A stretch of DNA of 64,000 nucleotides from an uncultured Acidobacteriota bacterium (GCA_963696165.1 CAVOIY010000005.1:407780-471779), one strand, 5' to 3'; counted from the first letter of the stretch, positions 12,346 to 26,015 are shown. Notes: generated by a model not told the origin, from the sequence alone. Numbers and translations: made by a program.

Positions 12346-13673
12346 TCTGCTCCCAGCCGTCCAGCCGCCGCTTGATCTCCTTCTCGAAGCCGCGCTCCTT
12401 CGGCTCGTAGTACTTCCGGTCCTCGAGCGCCGGCGGCAGGCACGACATGTCGGCGACGGCGTCGGCCTCGGCGTGCGCGTACTGGTAGCCCTTGCCGTAC
12501 TCGAGCTCCTTCATCAGCTTCGTCGGCGCATTGCGCAGGTGCAGCGGCACCGGCTCGGCGACGTCGCCGTGCGCGTCGGCGGCGGCGCGGCTGTACGCCT
12601 CGTAGACCGCGTTGCTCTTCGGCGCGGTCGCCAGATAGAGCGCCGCCTGCGCCAGCGCCGTGTTGCCTTCGGGCATGCCGATGAAATGGACGGCGTCTTT
12701 CGCGGCGACGGCGACAGTGAGCGCCTGCGGATCGGCGTTGCCGATGTCCTCGGACGCGAAGCGCACGAGCCGGCGCGCGATGTACAGCGGATCCTCGCCG
12801 GCTTCGACCATCCGCGCCAGCCAGTAGACGGCCGCGTCGGGGTCGCTGTTGCGCATCGACTTGTGGAGCGCCGAGATCAGGTTGTAGTGCTCCTCGCCCG
12901 ACTTGTCGTAGAGCAGCGCGCGCCGCTGGATCGTCTGCTGCGACGCGCGCGGCGTCGATCCGCCGCTGGCCGTCGACGATCGGCGCGCGACGCCGACGCT
13001 CAGCTCGAGCAGGTTCAGCGCCGAGCGCGCGTCGCCGTTCGCGTACAGCGCGATCGCTCGCAGCGCATCGTCGTCGATCGCCGACGTTCTCGCGGCCGAG
13101 GCCGCGCTCGGCGTCGGTCAGCGCGCGCGTCAGGATCGCCGCCGACCTCGTCGACGTCGAGCGCGTGCAGCACGAACACCTTCGAGCGCGACAGCAGCGC
13201 CGCGTTCACCTCGAACGACGGGTTCTCGGTCGTCGCGCCGATGAGGACGATGTCGCCGGCCTCGACGCGCGGCAGAAACGCATCCTGCTGCGCCTTGTTG
13301 AAGCGGTGGATCTCGTCGATGAAGACGATCGTGCGCCGGCCGGTCGTCGCGCCGGATGCGCTCGGCCTCGGCCATCACCTCGCGGATCTCCTTGATGCCG
13401 GCGAGCACGGCGCTGAACGAGACGAACCGCGCCTTGCGTCGTGTCGGCGATGATCCGCGCGAGCGTGGTCTTGCCGGTGCCCGGCGGGCCCCAGAGGATG
13501 ATCGACTGCAGGAGGTCGCGCTCGATCGCTTCGCGCAGCGGCTTGCCGCGCGCGAGCAGATCCTCCTGGCCGACGAACTCGTCGAAGGTGCGCGGCCGCA
13601 TCCGCTCGGCGAGCGGCGCGGGCGCCGCCTTACTGTTCGTCTTCGGTTGGTCGTCGTCGAACAGCGAGTCCAT
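12320..13673 (-). CDS. rarA: replication-associated recombination protein A (AAA+ ATPase; several frame breaks)
   Basis: [118 protein letters not shown]. Confidence 0.85.
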
Positions 13674-13686
13674 GGCTGTACTTTGT

Positions 13687-13758
13687 CACGAAAAGCGTCA
13701 CCACCGAGGCACGGAGTCGCATGGTTCTCGAGCCTCGGTTGTGCCGTGTCCTCCGTGG
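13687..13758 (-). repeat. CACGGAG/CTCCGTG-type heptamer inverted-repeat element in the trmH-rarA spacer
   Basis: Plus strand reads CACGAA..CCGAGGCACGGAG...CCTCGG..CCGTG.CCTCCGTGG. It ends 13 nt upstream of the rarA ATG on the coding strand. Confidence 0.5.
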
Positions 13759-13774
13759 TCGAGCTTGTTGCTGA

Positions 13775-14574
13775 TTACTGCGCTCGTTGCCGGCCGCCTC
13801 GTACAGCACCAGCGCCGCGGCGACGGCGGTGTTGAGCGATTCGACCGGCGCCTGCATCGGAATCGTGACCCGCTCGTCGGCGCCGTCGATGAGCGCCTGC
13901 GAAACGCCGGCGCCTTCGCCGCCGACGAGGATCGCCAGCGCGCCCGTCAGCGTCGCGTCGAAGAGCGATCGGCCCACCGCGCGGCACCGTCGCGACGATG
14001 CGGCAGCCGCGGCGCCGCGCCGTTGCGACGGCGTCGGCGGTGCGTCGCGGCTGATCACGATCGGCAGACGGAACGCGCTGCCCATCGAGCCGCGCAGCGC
14101 TTTCCAGCCGAACGGATCGGCGCACGCGCCGGCCGCGATCACGCCGGTCGCGCCCGCGGCTTCGGCCACTCGGACGATCGCGCCGAGATTTCCCGGATCC
14201 TGGATGTCGATCGCGATGACGACGAGCGGCGATGGCGCCGCGTAGATCGGCGTGCTCGTCTGACAACGGGCGCTCGCGCCAGCGCAACGATTCCGGACGA
14301 CGTGCGAACCGGGCTCAGCGCATCCATCACGGCCGGCGACACGGTGACGACTTCGACATTCGCCCGCTCCGAGCGCGGAAAGCGACGTTCGACAAGTCGT
14401 CGGGCTCTCTGCGGCCGCGACGGTCACCGCTGTTTCAGCGAGCGCAACGCCGGCCGCGAGCGCTTCGCCGACGAGGTGCGCGCCGTCGAGCAGCATCTGA
14501 TCCGGCTCCTCGCCGCGCGCGGCGGCGCGATAGCGGGCGACGATCGGATTCTGGCGGCTGGTGATGGTCGGCAT
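13775..14574 (-). CDS. TrmH/SpoU-family RNA 2'-O-methyltransferase (frame breaks; stop inferred)
   Basis: MPTITSRQNPIVARYRAAARGE, DIQDPGNLGAIVRVAEAAGATGVI, ILVGGEGAGVSQALIDGADERVTIPMQAPVESLNTAVAAALVLYEAA. TAA at 13775-13777 comes into frame if one base is restored. Confidence 0.75.
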
Positions 14575-14642
14575 GCGGCGTGCGTGACGCGTGCGGCGGC
14601 GCGGCTCCGGAAGGATAGCACTGTGGTACGATGATCCGACCC

Positions 14643-15128
14643 ATGGCCGTGTCGATGAAAGACAAGCTGATCAGGAAGTTCGAGGACGAGATCCAGGCGC
14701 TCAATCGCGAGCTGAAGCTCGAGCTGCCCGAAGGAGATCAAGCGCGCGCGCGAGCTCGGCGATCTGCGCGAGAACGCCGAGTATCAGGCGGCGAAAGAGC
14801 GGCAGCGGCTCGTCGAGTCGCGCATCAGCATGCTGCAGAAGCGCGTGTCCGAGATCGCGCTGATCAACATCGATCGCATTCCGTCCGACCGCGCCGGCTT
14901 CGGATCGACGCTGCACGTCATCGAGAAGACCGGCGACAAGCTCGTCTTCCAGCTCGTGATGCCCGAAGACGCCGACGCCGCCAAGGGACTCATCTCGACG
15001 ACGTCGCCGATCGGCCGCGCGTTCCTCAACAAGGAAGCCGGGCGACAGCGTCAAGGTGGTCACGCCCGGCGGCACGCGCGAATTCGAGATCATCAAGCTC
15101 GTCACCATTCACGACGAACGCGGAATGA
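14643..15128 (+). CDS. greA: transcription elongation factor GreA (frame breaks; 3' end approximate)
   Basis: [115 protein letters not shown]. Confidence 0.75.
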   Translation: MAVSMKDKLIRKFEDEIQALNRELKLELPEGDQARARARRSARERRVSGGERAAAARRVAHQHAAEARVRDRADQHRSHSVRPRRLRIDAARHREDRRQARLPARDARRRRRRQGTHLDDVADRPRVPQQGSRATASRWSRPAARANSRSSSSSPFTTNAE

Positions 15129-16576
15129 CCGGCCGCGATCGCGCTCGCCTCGCCGCTCGCTGAACCCTACTCCCCACAGCTTCGCACCGCGCTCGTCCTG
15201 ACCGGCACCGGCACCGCCGGCGCGTACCACGCCGGCGCGCTTCGCGCGCTGCACGAAGCCGGCGTCAAGATCGACATCGTCGCCGGCCGCGGCATCGGCG
15301 TCGTCGGCGCGCTGTTCGCCGCGATCGATGGCGGCTCGCGCCTCTGGGACGACAAGGGCTTCTGGCAGCGGCGGCCGTCCGCTCGCCTGTATCGCGTGGC
15401 GGCGCGTTCCGCAGCTGGCGGCGTGGGCGCTCGCCGCTGTCGCTGGCGATCGTCGTGCTGCCGATCGCCGCGGTCGCGGCTCGGCCTGATCGTCTTTCCG
15501 ATCGACTTCGTGCTCAAGATGGTCGGCGTCGACGCGCGCGGGCGGCCTCGTCGGCGCGTACGTCGGCGTTCGCGCAGTCGGCGTTCGCTCCGAAGGCGCT
15601 GCCGACGTGGCTGCCGCGCCTCGTCGCTGCTCGTGCTCGGCGTCGTCGCCGTCCTGGCGGCGGTGTCGCCGGTCGCGGAGCGAGCAGCGGCCGCCGCGTC
15701 GCGCGGCGCGTTCTGGTGGAGGATGCTGCGGCCGCCGCTCGAGCGCGGATGACGCGGCGCTGCATTGCTGGCGCGTCGATGTGGGATCTCGTGCGCGGCG
15801 CGACGCAGCTGAAGCAGCCGTCGCCGGCGGAGCTCGGGCGGCGGTACACCGAGATGCTCGGCGAGAATCTCGGGCAGCCCGGATTCCGCGAGCTGCTGAT
15901 CGCGGTCCACGACCTCGACGCGCATCGCGATCTCGTCTTCGCGCTCGTCGCGGAATCGCGGCGCCGCGACCTGTTCCGCCGGTCGACGACGGCGGCGGCC
16001 GACGATCGGCGCGCGGAAGTCTTCGACCTGTCGGGCGTGGCGCGCGAGTATCTCGCCGACGCCGTCGCCGCCGCGCTGACGGTGCCGGTCGCGACCGACG
16101 CGCACGTCGTCCACTTCGCGCCGGACGGCTACTGGCGCGGCGAGACGCATCGCTGTGCGATCGGCCGGCCAGCCTCGACGCGGCTGCTCGAGGAGCTGAC
16201 CGACGCTCGGCGTCGAGCAGATCGTGATCGTCGTCGGCGGCGCCGGAGCTGCCCGGCCCGCACGCGCTGCAGCCGCCGCGGCTCGATCGCGCGCGGCCGG
16301 CTCGGCGAGTACCTGCAGTCGGCCGAGGCGGCATCGTGCGCGACGCGGTCCGCGCCGCTGCCGCGCGCGGTGCCGCGCGTCTTCACGATCCGCCCGTCGC
16401 ACAATCCGCTCGGCCCGTTCGATTTCGGCGGCGGCTACGACGATCGATCCGATCGACGGCAGCCGCTGCGCGGAGCTGATGAGCCGCGGCTACGAAGACG
16501 CGTACCGCCAGTTCATCGAGCCGGTCGTCGGCGCGAGCGGCGAACGGGTCGGACAAGTTTCACAGGAGCGTTATGA
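15125..16576 (+). CDS. patatin-like phospholipase-family protein with non-canonical active-site motifs (several frame breaks)
   Basis: [49 protein letters not shown]. Later [18 protein letters not shown] and [13 protein letters not shown]. The stop overlaps the next start (ATGA at 16573-16576). Confidence 0.6.
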
Positions 16577-17745
16577 AAGGCCCAGCCACCGAGCTGATTC
16601 ACGCGGGCGAAGCCGATCTGGGCGTCGCCGTGCCGCTGACGACGCCGATCTACGAGACGACGACGTTCGTCTTCGACAGCGCCGCGGAGGTGCTCGCCTA
16701 CAACGAGGGGCGCTCGCAGAAGTACCTGTACTCGCGCTACGACGAATCCGACGGTCGTCAGCGTCGAGCAGAAGCTCGCCGCGCTCGATCGCGCCGAGGC
16801 GCGCGCTGCTCTTCTCGTCCGGGCAGGGCGCGACGACGACGATTCTGATGGCGCACGTGAAGGCGGGCGACGAAGTGATCTGCAGCGCCGGCGATTTACG
16901 GCGGCACGCTCCACCTGCTGCACGACCTGCTGTCGCAGCTTCGGCGTCATCGTCCGCTTCGTGTCGCTCGACGAGCTCGCGCAGCCGGACGCAGGTCCTC
17001 GGGCCGAAGACGAAGGTGGTCTGGTTCGAGTCGCCGATCAATCCGACGCTGCGCTGCGTCGACATCACGACGATCGCCGCGGCGTGCCGCGCGCGCGGCG
17101 TGCTGTCGGTGATCGACAACACGTTTGCCAGCCCGATCAATCAGCAGCCGCTGGCGCTCGGCGTCGATCTGGCGATGCAGAGCGCGACGAAGTACCTGAA
17201 CGGCCACAGCGACGTCACCGGCGGCGTCGTCACGCGGCGCGGCGGCGATGATCGCGCCGATCGCGAAGGCGCGGCGGCTGCTCGGCACGGTCATGGATCC
17301 GCAGCCGGCGTATGCGCTCGGCCGCGGGCTGAAGACGCTGCCGTTGCGCGTCGCGCAGCACAACGCGAACGCGCGGAGCGGTCGCCGAGTTCCTCGTCGA
17401 ACGATCGACGGGTCGCGCAGGTGTATTACCCCGGGCTGCCGTCGCACCCCGATCACGAGATCGCGAAGCGCCAGATGACCGGCTTCGGCGGCATGGTCAC
17501 GCTTCGATCTCGACGGGCGAGTACGAGCGCGCCGCGCGGCTCTTCGATCGGCTGAAGGTCATCAAGCGCGCGGCGAGCCTCGGCGGCGTCGAGAGCCTCA
17601 TCAGCCTGCCGGTGCTGACGTCGCAGTACGGCCACACCGACGAGCAGCTGGAGGAGGCCGGCGTGACGCGGGGATGTTGCGGCTGTCGGTCGGGCTCGAA
17701 GATGTCGCCGACCTGATCGCCGATCTCGATCAGGCGCTCGGCTGA
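16573..17745 (+). CDS. Cys/Met-metabolism PLP-dependent enzyme (cystathionine gamma-synthase/lyase family; several frame breaks)
   Basis: [13 protein letters not shown]...TTPIYETTTFVF, LLFSSGQGATTTILMAHVKAGDEVICS, VVWFESPINPTLRCVDI, SVIDNTFASPINQQPLALGVDLAMQSATKYLNGHSDV, VGLEDVADLIADLDQALG then stop. Confidence 0.8.
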
Positions 17746-17747
17746 TC

Positions 17748-17830
17748 GATTCGTCGGCTAAAGTCGCGCTACGTTCAGGTTCGCTCGCTGGACATTCGAC
17801 TTGACGTAGCCGAGGCTTGTCGAACGTCAG
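17748..17830. repeat. two degenerate REP-like units at the convergent junction of the PLP-enzyme and DHH genes
   Basis: TCGTCGGCTAAAGTCGCGCTACGTTC and ACGTAGCCGAGGCTTGTCGAACG. Confidence 0.4.
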
Positions 17831-19274
17831 CTCTTCGCGGCGCGCCGGCTCTCGTTTCTTGTCGGCGCGGGCGTCGGTCGTGCAGGAACTGCGCCGCCAG
17901 CTCCTGCAGCCGCGCGGCGATGCCGTCGGCGTCGAGCTCGCCGAACTTCTCGCGGAACGCCGCGCATCGGCACGACCGCCTTCGCCATCGCGCGATGGCC
18001 GCCGGCGCTGCCGATGTCGGCGAAGTAGCGGCGCACGAACTCGCCGGCGTTCTTCGAGTAGCCGAGATTCCGCACCGAGATCGACCAGCGAGTCGTTGAC
18101 GATGCCGGCGACGATCGTCCACTTGACGTCCTCGAGCTGCAGGAAGAAGTCGGCGACGTAGGGGATGAAGTCCTCGCGCGGCGACGGCGCCGAGGAACGC
18201 GCAGAACACCTGCTCGATCGAGCGCGCCGCCCTGGTGCGCCTTCATCACGTAGTCGAGCCGCTCGAGCGTGATTTCCGCGCCTTCCATCTTGCGGATCAG
18301 CGCGGCGTCGGCCAGCGGATAGAGATACGAGAACGCCTCGAGGTCGACGCGGTTGGTCTGCCGGTTGAAGAACAGCGTGTCGGACTTGATCGCGTAGAGC
18401 ATCGCCGTCGCGGTGCGCTCGGAGATGTTCACGTCGACGGCGCGCAGGTGCTCGGTGAGGATCGTGCGAGGTCGATCCGTAGTCGGCGCGGATGTCCTTG
18501 AAGACCGCCGTGTAGCCCGGCTGCTCGGGATGGTGATCGATGACGAGATCGACGCGATCGATCAGGCCGCCGAAGTAGTGCGGCTGCACGTCGACCATCG
18601 CGATCGCGATCGAATTCCTTGAGCGTCTGCGGCGTGATCGGCTCGACGTGGATGTCGAGCAGGTTCACCATCCGCAGGTTCTCGGGCCGCGTCACGCCCT
18701 GCATCGCGCCGATGATCGCCGTCGTCTTCGTGCGGCGCAGCACGTTGCGCAGCGCCAGGCCGCTGGCCATCGCGTCGGGATCCGGATCGTTGTGCAGCAT
18801 GATCAGGACGCGGTCGGCGTCGCGAAGTAGCGCTGATACTGCTGCACGCGCGCGCGGGTCAGCGACCGGCTGAACTCGGTGAGCAGCGGTCCGCCGAACA
18901 GCTCCGACATCGCCAGGTAGGCGACGTCGGGAAACTCGCTGTGGAACTCCTCGGCGCGGCGGGCGGTGGCGCCGGCGCCGATGCCGAGCACGTAGACCAG
19001 CGTGCCGCCGGCGTCGCGCACCGCCTCGAGAATCTTCCGCAGGCTGCGCCGGCCGTTGTCTTCGATGATGACGCAGGTGCTCGGCGTGAGGTCGGCCTTG
19101 ACGTAGGTGTCGATGCGCCGCGGGTCGCCGAGCGACCGCCGTGACGCCGGCGTCGTGCAGACGCCGGGCGAGCGGCCGGCTCTCGACGATGAATTCGACT
19201 TCGAAGCCGGGCAGCAGGATTTCGTCGAGCATCCTGATGACCAGCTCGTCCTGACAGACCGCGAGACACCGCAT
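17775..19274 (-). CDS. DHH/DHHA1-family phosphoesterase with N-terminal Rossmann-like (TrkA-N-like) domain (many frame breaks; 3' end uncertain)
   Basis: MLHNDPDPDAMASGLAL, VDLVIDHHPEQPGY, ERTATAMLYAIKSDTLFF, GSAGGHRAMAKA. N-terminal part is MRCLAVCQDELVIRMLDEILLPGFEVEFIV. Confidence 0.7.
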
Positions 19275-19362
19275 CAGGGTTCCAACCGTCGATTATACGC
19301 CCGGCCGAGGTGGCCGCACCCGTGTAGAGTGGAGACGCCGGCAGTGAGGTCGCGGCGGCTGC

Positions 19363-20330
19363 GTGATGCATCGTCGCGTCTGTCGTGTGCGCTGCGCCGT
19401 GCTGCGCCGCTGTCGACGCTCGCCGCAGCAGGCGCCGGTGTTTCGACGCCGGCGTCGATCTGGTCACCTTCGGCGTCACCGTGACCGACAAGAAAGGGCA
19501 GCCTCGTCACCGACCTGTCACGCGAGCGACTTCGAGATCATCGAGGACGGCCGGAAGCAGACGATCAGCTACTTCGCGTCGGGCGACCCGACGGCGCCGC
19601 CGACGGCCGCCGCTGCACCTCGGCCTGCTGCTCGACATCAGCGAGAGCATGGGCGACGACATGAGGTTCACCCGGACGGCCGCGGTCAAGTTCCTCAACA
19701 CGCTGCCGCGACGCGGTCGACATCACGCTGGTCGACTTCGACACCGAGGTGCGCGTCGCCCGCTACGGCCAGGACGACTTCGCGCGGCTGGTCGAGCGCA
19801 TCCGCCAGCGCAAGGCCGACGGGCTGGACGGCGCTCTACGACGCGATCGGCGTGTACCTCGACGGCGCCGCCGGGCAGGACGGCCGCAAGATCATGCTGC
19901 TGTACACCGACGGCGGCGACACGCGCAGCTCGATGTCGCTTCAGCGAGCTGCTCGACCTGCTGAAGGCGTCGGACGTGACGGTCTACGCGATCGGCGAGC
20001 TCGAGCACCAGTCGAGCTCGGCGCGCGCTCGAGCGCGCAGATGCTGCTGCAGCAGATCGCCGAGACGACCGGCGGCCAGGCGTTCTTCCCGACTGTCGGT
20101 GAAGGAGCTCGACGAGCGTCTACGAGCAAGGTCGCTCGCCGAGATCCGCGCGCAGTACACGCTCGGCTACCTGTCGACCAACACGCAGCACCGACGGCGC
20201 GCTGGCGCAAGGTCGAGATCAAGGTCGCGCGCAAGGACGGCCGCGATCTACCGCGTCCGCGCGCGCAAGGGCTACTTCGCGCCCGTACAAGAAGCCCGAC
20301 GCTCGAGCCGCGACTCAGCGCTCCGATGCC
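19363..20330 (+). CDS. VWA-domain protein of the acidobacterial VWFA-related type (many frame breaks; no stop codon can be located)
   Basis: [131 protein letters not shown]. Confidence 0.7.
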
Positions 20331-20384
20331 GCGATCGCCATGCGTCCACGACCGTCGAGCCTCTGGTACGATTGCGAGTTCGCC

Positions 20385-22421
<2,037 letters not shown>

Positions 22422-22428
22422 CCCGCGC

Positions 22429-23213
22429 GTGCTGTCGTTCGTCGAACGACTGGCTGAAGAAGGCGGCGCTCGAGGTCCAGGAGTACGTCCGCCTCATCGG
22501 CGCCGCGTTCCGCGCGCATCGTCACGCCGCCGTTCTACCGCCACGACATCGTCGAGCAGTTCGACACGATCGGCGTCGGCTCGCTGACGGTCGTGCTGCT
22601 GACCGGCTTCTTCACCGGCGCGGCGCTGGCGTTGCAGAGCGGCCTGACGCTCGACCAGTTCGGCGCGCGGCCGGTCGTCGGCCGGCTGGTCAGCGCGTCG
22701 ATGATCAAGGAGCTCGGGCCGGTGCTGACGGCGCTGATGCTGACCGGGCCGCGATCGGCTCGGGCATCGCCGCCGAGCTCGGGTCGATGATGGTCACCGA
22801 TCAGATCAACGCGCTGCGCGCGCTCGGCACCGATCCGATCCGCAAGCTGGTCGTGCCGCGCGTGCTCGCCGGCTTCCTCATGGCGCCGGTGCTGACCGTC
22901 ATCTCCGACTTCGTCGGCATCATCGGCGGCTGGATCGTCGCCGCGCTTCCAGCTGCAGGTCGCCAGCGGGCATCTACTGGTCGTCGATCACGCAAGGCGC
23001 TGTACATGCAGGACGTCTGGATGGGGCTGATCAAGCCGTTCGTGCTCGGCTTCGTGATCGTGACCATCGCGCTGCCACGTCGGCCTGCGGACGCAGCGGC
23101 GGCACGCAGGGCGTCGGCAAGGCGACGACCATGGCCGTCGTCGCCGGGTCGGTGGCGGTGATCGCCGTCGACTTCTTCGTCACGCAGATTCTCATCAACG
23201 CTGATTGTACTGA
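22429..23213 (+). CDS. mlaE: MlaE-type ABC transporter permease (frame breaks; 3' end approximate)
   Basis: GTG 22429 lies 12 nt after [110 protein letters not shown]. Confidence 0.8.
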
Positions 23214-23222
23214 CGTGGACCG

Positions 23223-24076
23223 ATGCCGGACACCGACCGCACAGACGGCCGCGCGACAGATGCTCGCCGAGCCCGGCGCGCCGGTGATCGTGTTCGACCA
23301 CGTGCAGCTCGCGTTCGACGACAAGGTCGTGCTGAAGGACGTGAGCTTCACGCTGCTCAAGGGGCACACGAAGATCATCCTCGGCGCGAGCGGCTCGGGA
23401 AAGTCGACGGCCCTGAAGATCATCACCGGGCTGCTGCGGGCCGACGCCGGCGTGGTCTGGGTGAACGGGCAGCGCGTCGACCAGCTGACCGAGCACGCAG
23501 ATGATGGCGGTGCGCGCCGACCTCGGGATGATCTTCCAGGAAGGCGCGCTCTTCGACTCGCTGACCGTGCGCGAGAACGTCGGCTACAAGCTGTACGAGG
23601 AAACCGACATGCCGCTCGACGACGTCGACCGGCGCGTCGAGGAGGTGCTCGGCTTCATCGGGCTCGGCGAGCACATCGACAAGATGCCGTCGGAGCTGTC
23701 GGGCGGGCAGCGGCGCCGCGTCGCGATCGCGCGCGCGATGGCGTTCAAGCCGCGCATCCTGCTGTACGACGAGGCGACGACCGGGCTCGATCCGATCACG
23801 GCGACGACGGTGGACGACGAGATCATCAAGCTGCGCGATCTCGAAGGCGTCAGCTCGATCGTCGTGACGCACCAGCTGCGCGACGCGTTCTACGTCGCCG
23901 ACGCACATGGCCGTGCGCGGGCGCGACGGCACGGTCGAGATCGTGCCGGCGACGCCGCGAGAAGGAGCGCGAAGCCGAGTTCATCATGCTGCGCGACGGC
24001 CTGATCGTGCTTCGAGGGCGACGCCGATGCGCTGCGACGTTCGACCGATCCGTATATGCAGACATTCTTGTCGTGA
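23223..24076 (+). CDS. mlaF: MlaF-type ABC transporter ATP-binding protein (frame breaks)
   Basis: VIVFDHVQLAFDDKVVLKDVSFTLLKGHTKIILGASGSGKST, LSGGQRRRVAIARAMAFKPRILLYDEATTGLDP, C-terminal DPYMQTFLS then stop at 24074-24076. Confidence 0.8.
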
Positions 24077-24121
24077 TTGGTGGCTGGTGGCTAGTCGTTG
24101 GTGGTTAGTCGTTGGTGGTGG
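24077..24121 (+). repeat. TGGTGGCTAG-type tandem repeat filling the mlaF-mlaD spacer
   Basis: TTGGTGGCTGGTGGCTAGTCGTTGGTGGTTAGTCGTTGGTGGTGG. Confidence 0.8.
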
Positions 24122-24130
24122 AAGTGAGTT

Positions 24131-25186
24131 ATGCCTCGAACACGTTCGCTCGCCTGGTCGGAACTGAAGATCGGCGTCCTGACGATCGTCGCGATTGTCA
24201 TCGCCGCGCTTCTGATCTTCAGTCTGACCGGGATCGCGCGGCTTCTTCTGGCAGCGCTACACCCTGAAGACGCGGTTCGCCAACGTCGCCGGTCTCGCGT
24301 CCGGCTCGCCGGTGCGCGTCGCCGGCGTGCGAGGTCGGCAGCGTGACGGCGGTCGAGTTCGCCGGCGAGCAGGTCGACGTCATCTTCGACATGCGACAAG
24401 GACATGCGCGACCGCATCACGACCGGATCGGTCGCGAAGCTCGGGTCGGTGTCGCTGCTCGGCGAAGGCGCCGTCGACATCACGCCGTCGACGCGCGGGC
24501 ACGCCGATTCCCGAGTGGGGCTACGTGCCCGCCGGCAAAGTCGGCGGCGGCAGCTCGCCGACGTCACCGATCAGGCGAGCGCGGGCATCGGCGAGCTCAC
24601 CGGCGCTCATTCACGACGTCCGCAGCGGCCGCGGCACGGTCGGCAAGCTGATGACCGACGAACGCCTCTATACGGAACTGCAGCAGTTCGTCGCCTCCGC
24701 CAACGATCTCGACCGCCGGCATCAGGCAGGGCCGCGGCACGATCGGCAAGCTGCTCGAACGATCCGACAAGCGGCCGACGCGCTCGAAGGCGTCGCTGAA
24801 GAACATCGAAGAGCTGACGCGGCAGATCAACGCCGGCGAGGGCAGCCTCGGCAAGCTGCTGAAGGACGACGCGTTCTCGAGTGCGCTGACGGCGGCGACG
24901 GCGAACTTCAGGGACGCTGACCGCCAAGATGAACAGCGGCGAGGGCACCGTCGGGCAAGCTGATGACCGATCCGGCGCTCTTCAATCGGCTCAACGCGGT
25001 GACCGAATCGGCTCGACGAGCTCGTGACGCGACTGAACGACGGCCAGGGCACGGCCGGCCAGTTGCTGAAAGACAAGCAGTTATATGAGAACATGAACAA
25101 GGTGGCGACGCGACCTCTCGTCGCTGCTCGCCGAGATCAAGAAGGATCCGAAGAAGTACCTGAACGTGAAGGTCAGCATCTTCTAG
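24131..25186 (+). CDS. mlaD: MlaD/MCE-family protein with repeated GxGTxGKLxxD C-terminal motifs (many frame breaks)
   Basis: MPRTRSLAWSELKIGVLTIVAIVIAALLIFSL, GSPVRVAGV, TGSVAKLGSVSLLGEGAVDITP. Repeats GRGTVGKLMTD, GRGTIGKLL, GEGSLGKLLKD, GEGTVGQLMTD, GQGTAGQLLKD. Ends KKYLNVKVSIF. Confidence 0.8.
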
Positions 25187-25189
25187 CAC

Positions 25190-25234
25190 GTGGCTGGTGG
25201 CTGGTGGCTGCGATGGAGACTCACCAGCAGCTGG
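25190..25234 (+). repeat. GTGGCTG x3 perfect tandem heptamers plus partial inverted copy in the mlaD-ytxH spacer
   Basis: GTGGCTGGTGGCTGGTGGCTG cgatggagact CACCAGCAGCTGG. Confidence 0.8.
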
Positions 25235-25243
25235 AGGAGTGGG

Positions 25244-25518
25244 ATGGCGAAGGACGACGGCGCGGGAGCCGGCAGCATTCTGCTCGCATTCGTTCTCGGC
25301 GCGGTGAGCGGCGCCGCGGTGGCGCTGCTGTATGCGCCGGCAACCGGCCGCGAGACGCGCGACTATCTCGGCGACAAGGCGCGCGAAGGACGCGACCGCG
25401 CGACCGATGCCGCGGCAAAGCGAGCCAGATGGTGCAACAGGGCCGCGAGACGCTGACGACGGCGATCGAGAAGGGCCGCGAGGCGTATCAGCAGGCCCGC
25501 ACGCGGGAGAGCGTGTGA
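25244..25518 (+). CDS. YtxH-like small membrane-associated protein (one frame change)
   Basis: GGAGG upstream. MAKDDGAGAGSILLAFVLGAVSGAAVALLYAPATGRETRDYLGDKAREGRD is the typical YtxH N-terminus. Tail is QQGRETLTTAIEKGREAYQQAR. Confidence 0.6.
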
Positions 25519-25941
25519 CCGATCGCGCGCAGCTCTTTCTCGGGATCATCGCCGTCGCGACGCTGGTGATCGCGATCGTCCAGGTCGGCATGATCGTGGC
25601 CGCGGGGCTGCTGGCGCGCCGCGTCGGCCGCCTCGCTGAGCGAGATCGAGCGCGACATCAAGCCGATCTTCGCGCACCTGAAGGCGATCGGCCGCGATGC
25701 CTCGCGCGCGGCGGCGCTGGCGACGGCGCAGGTCGAGCGCGCGGATACGCTGTTCGCCGATATCGCCGTCCGCATCGAGCAGGCGTTGAGCGCGGTCCAG
25801 AGCTCGTTCGGCGTGCCCGCCCGCGAAGGCCGCGCGCTGTTCAGCGCGTTCCGCGCGGCAATGCAGGCCATTCGCGACCTGCGCCACAACCCGCACGGCC
25901 GCCGCAGCCGCGCCGAAGACGAAGACGCACTGTTCATCTAG
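25515..25941 (+). CDS. DUF948-like membrane-anchored helical protein (one frame change)
   Basis: GTGA overlap with the ytxH stop. TM helix LFLGIIAVATLVIAIVQVGMIVAAGLL, then helical IERDIKPIFAHLKAIGRDASRAAALATAQVERADTLFADI. Confidence 0.45.
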
Positions 25942-25971
25942 CCCCCAGCTACCAGCCTCTAGCCCCCAGCC
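25939..25971 (-). repeat. same repeat family in reverse orientation after the DUF948-like gene
   Basis: TAGCCCCCAGCTACCAGCCTCTAGCCCCCAGCC is the reverse complement of GGCTGGGGGCTAGAGGCTGGTAGCTGGGGGCTA. Confidence 0.7.
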
Positions 25972-26015
25972 TCGTCCCTGTGATAGAACGTCCTCACCCC
26001 AGGAGGGCTCCCCGT

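Noticed and set aside
15102-16402. Two overlapping about 410-aa minus-strand ORFs lie opposite the patatin-like gene.
   Set aside because: They are extremely Arg/Ala/Pro-rich and low in complexity, with no recognisable domain. The plus strand carries clear patatin-like segments.
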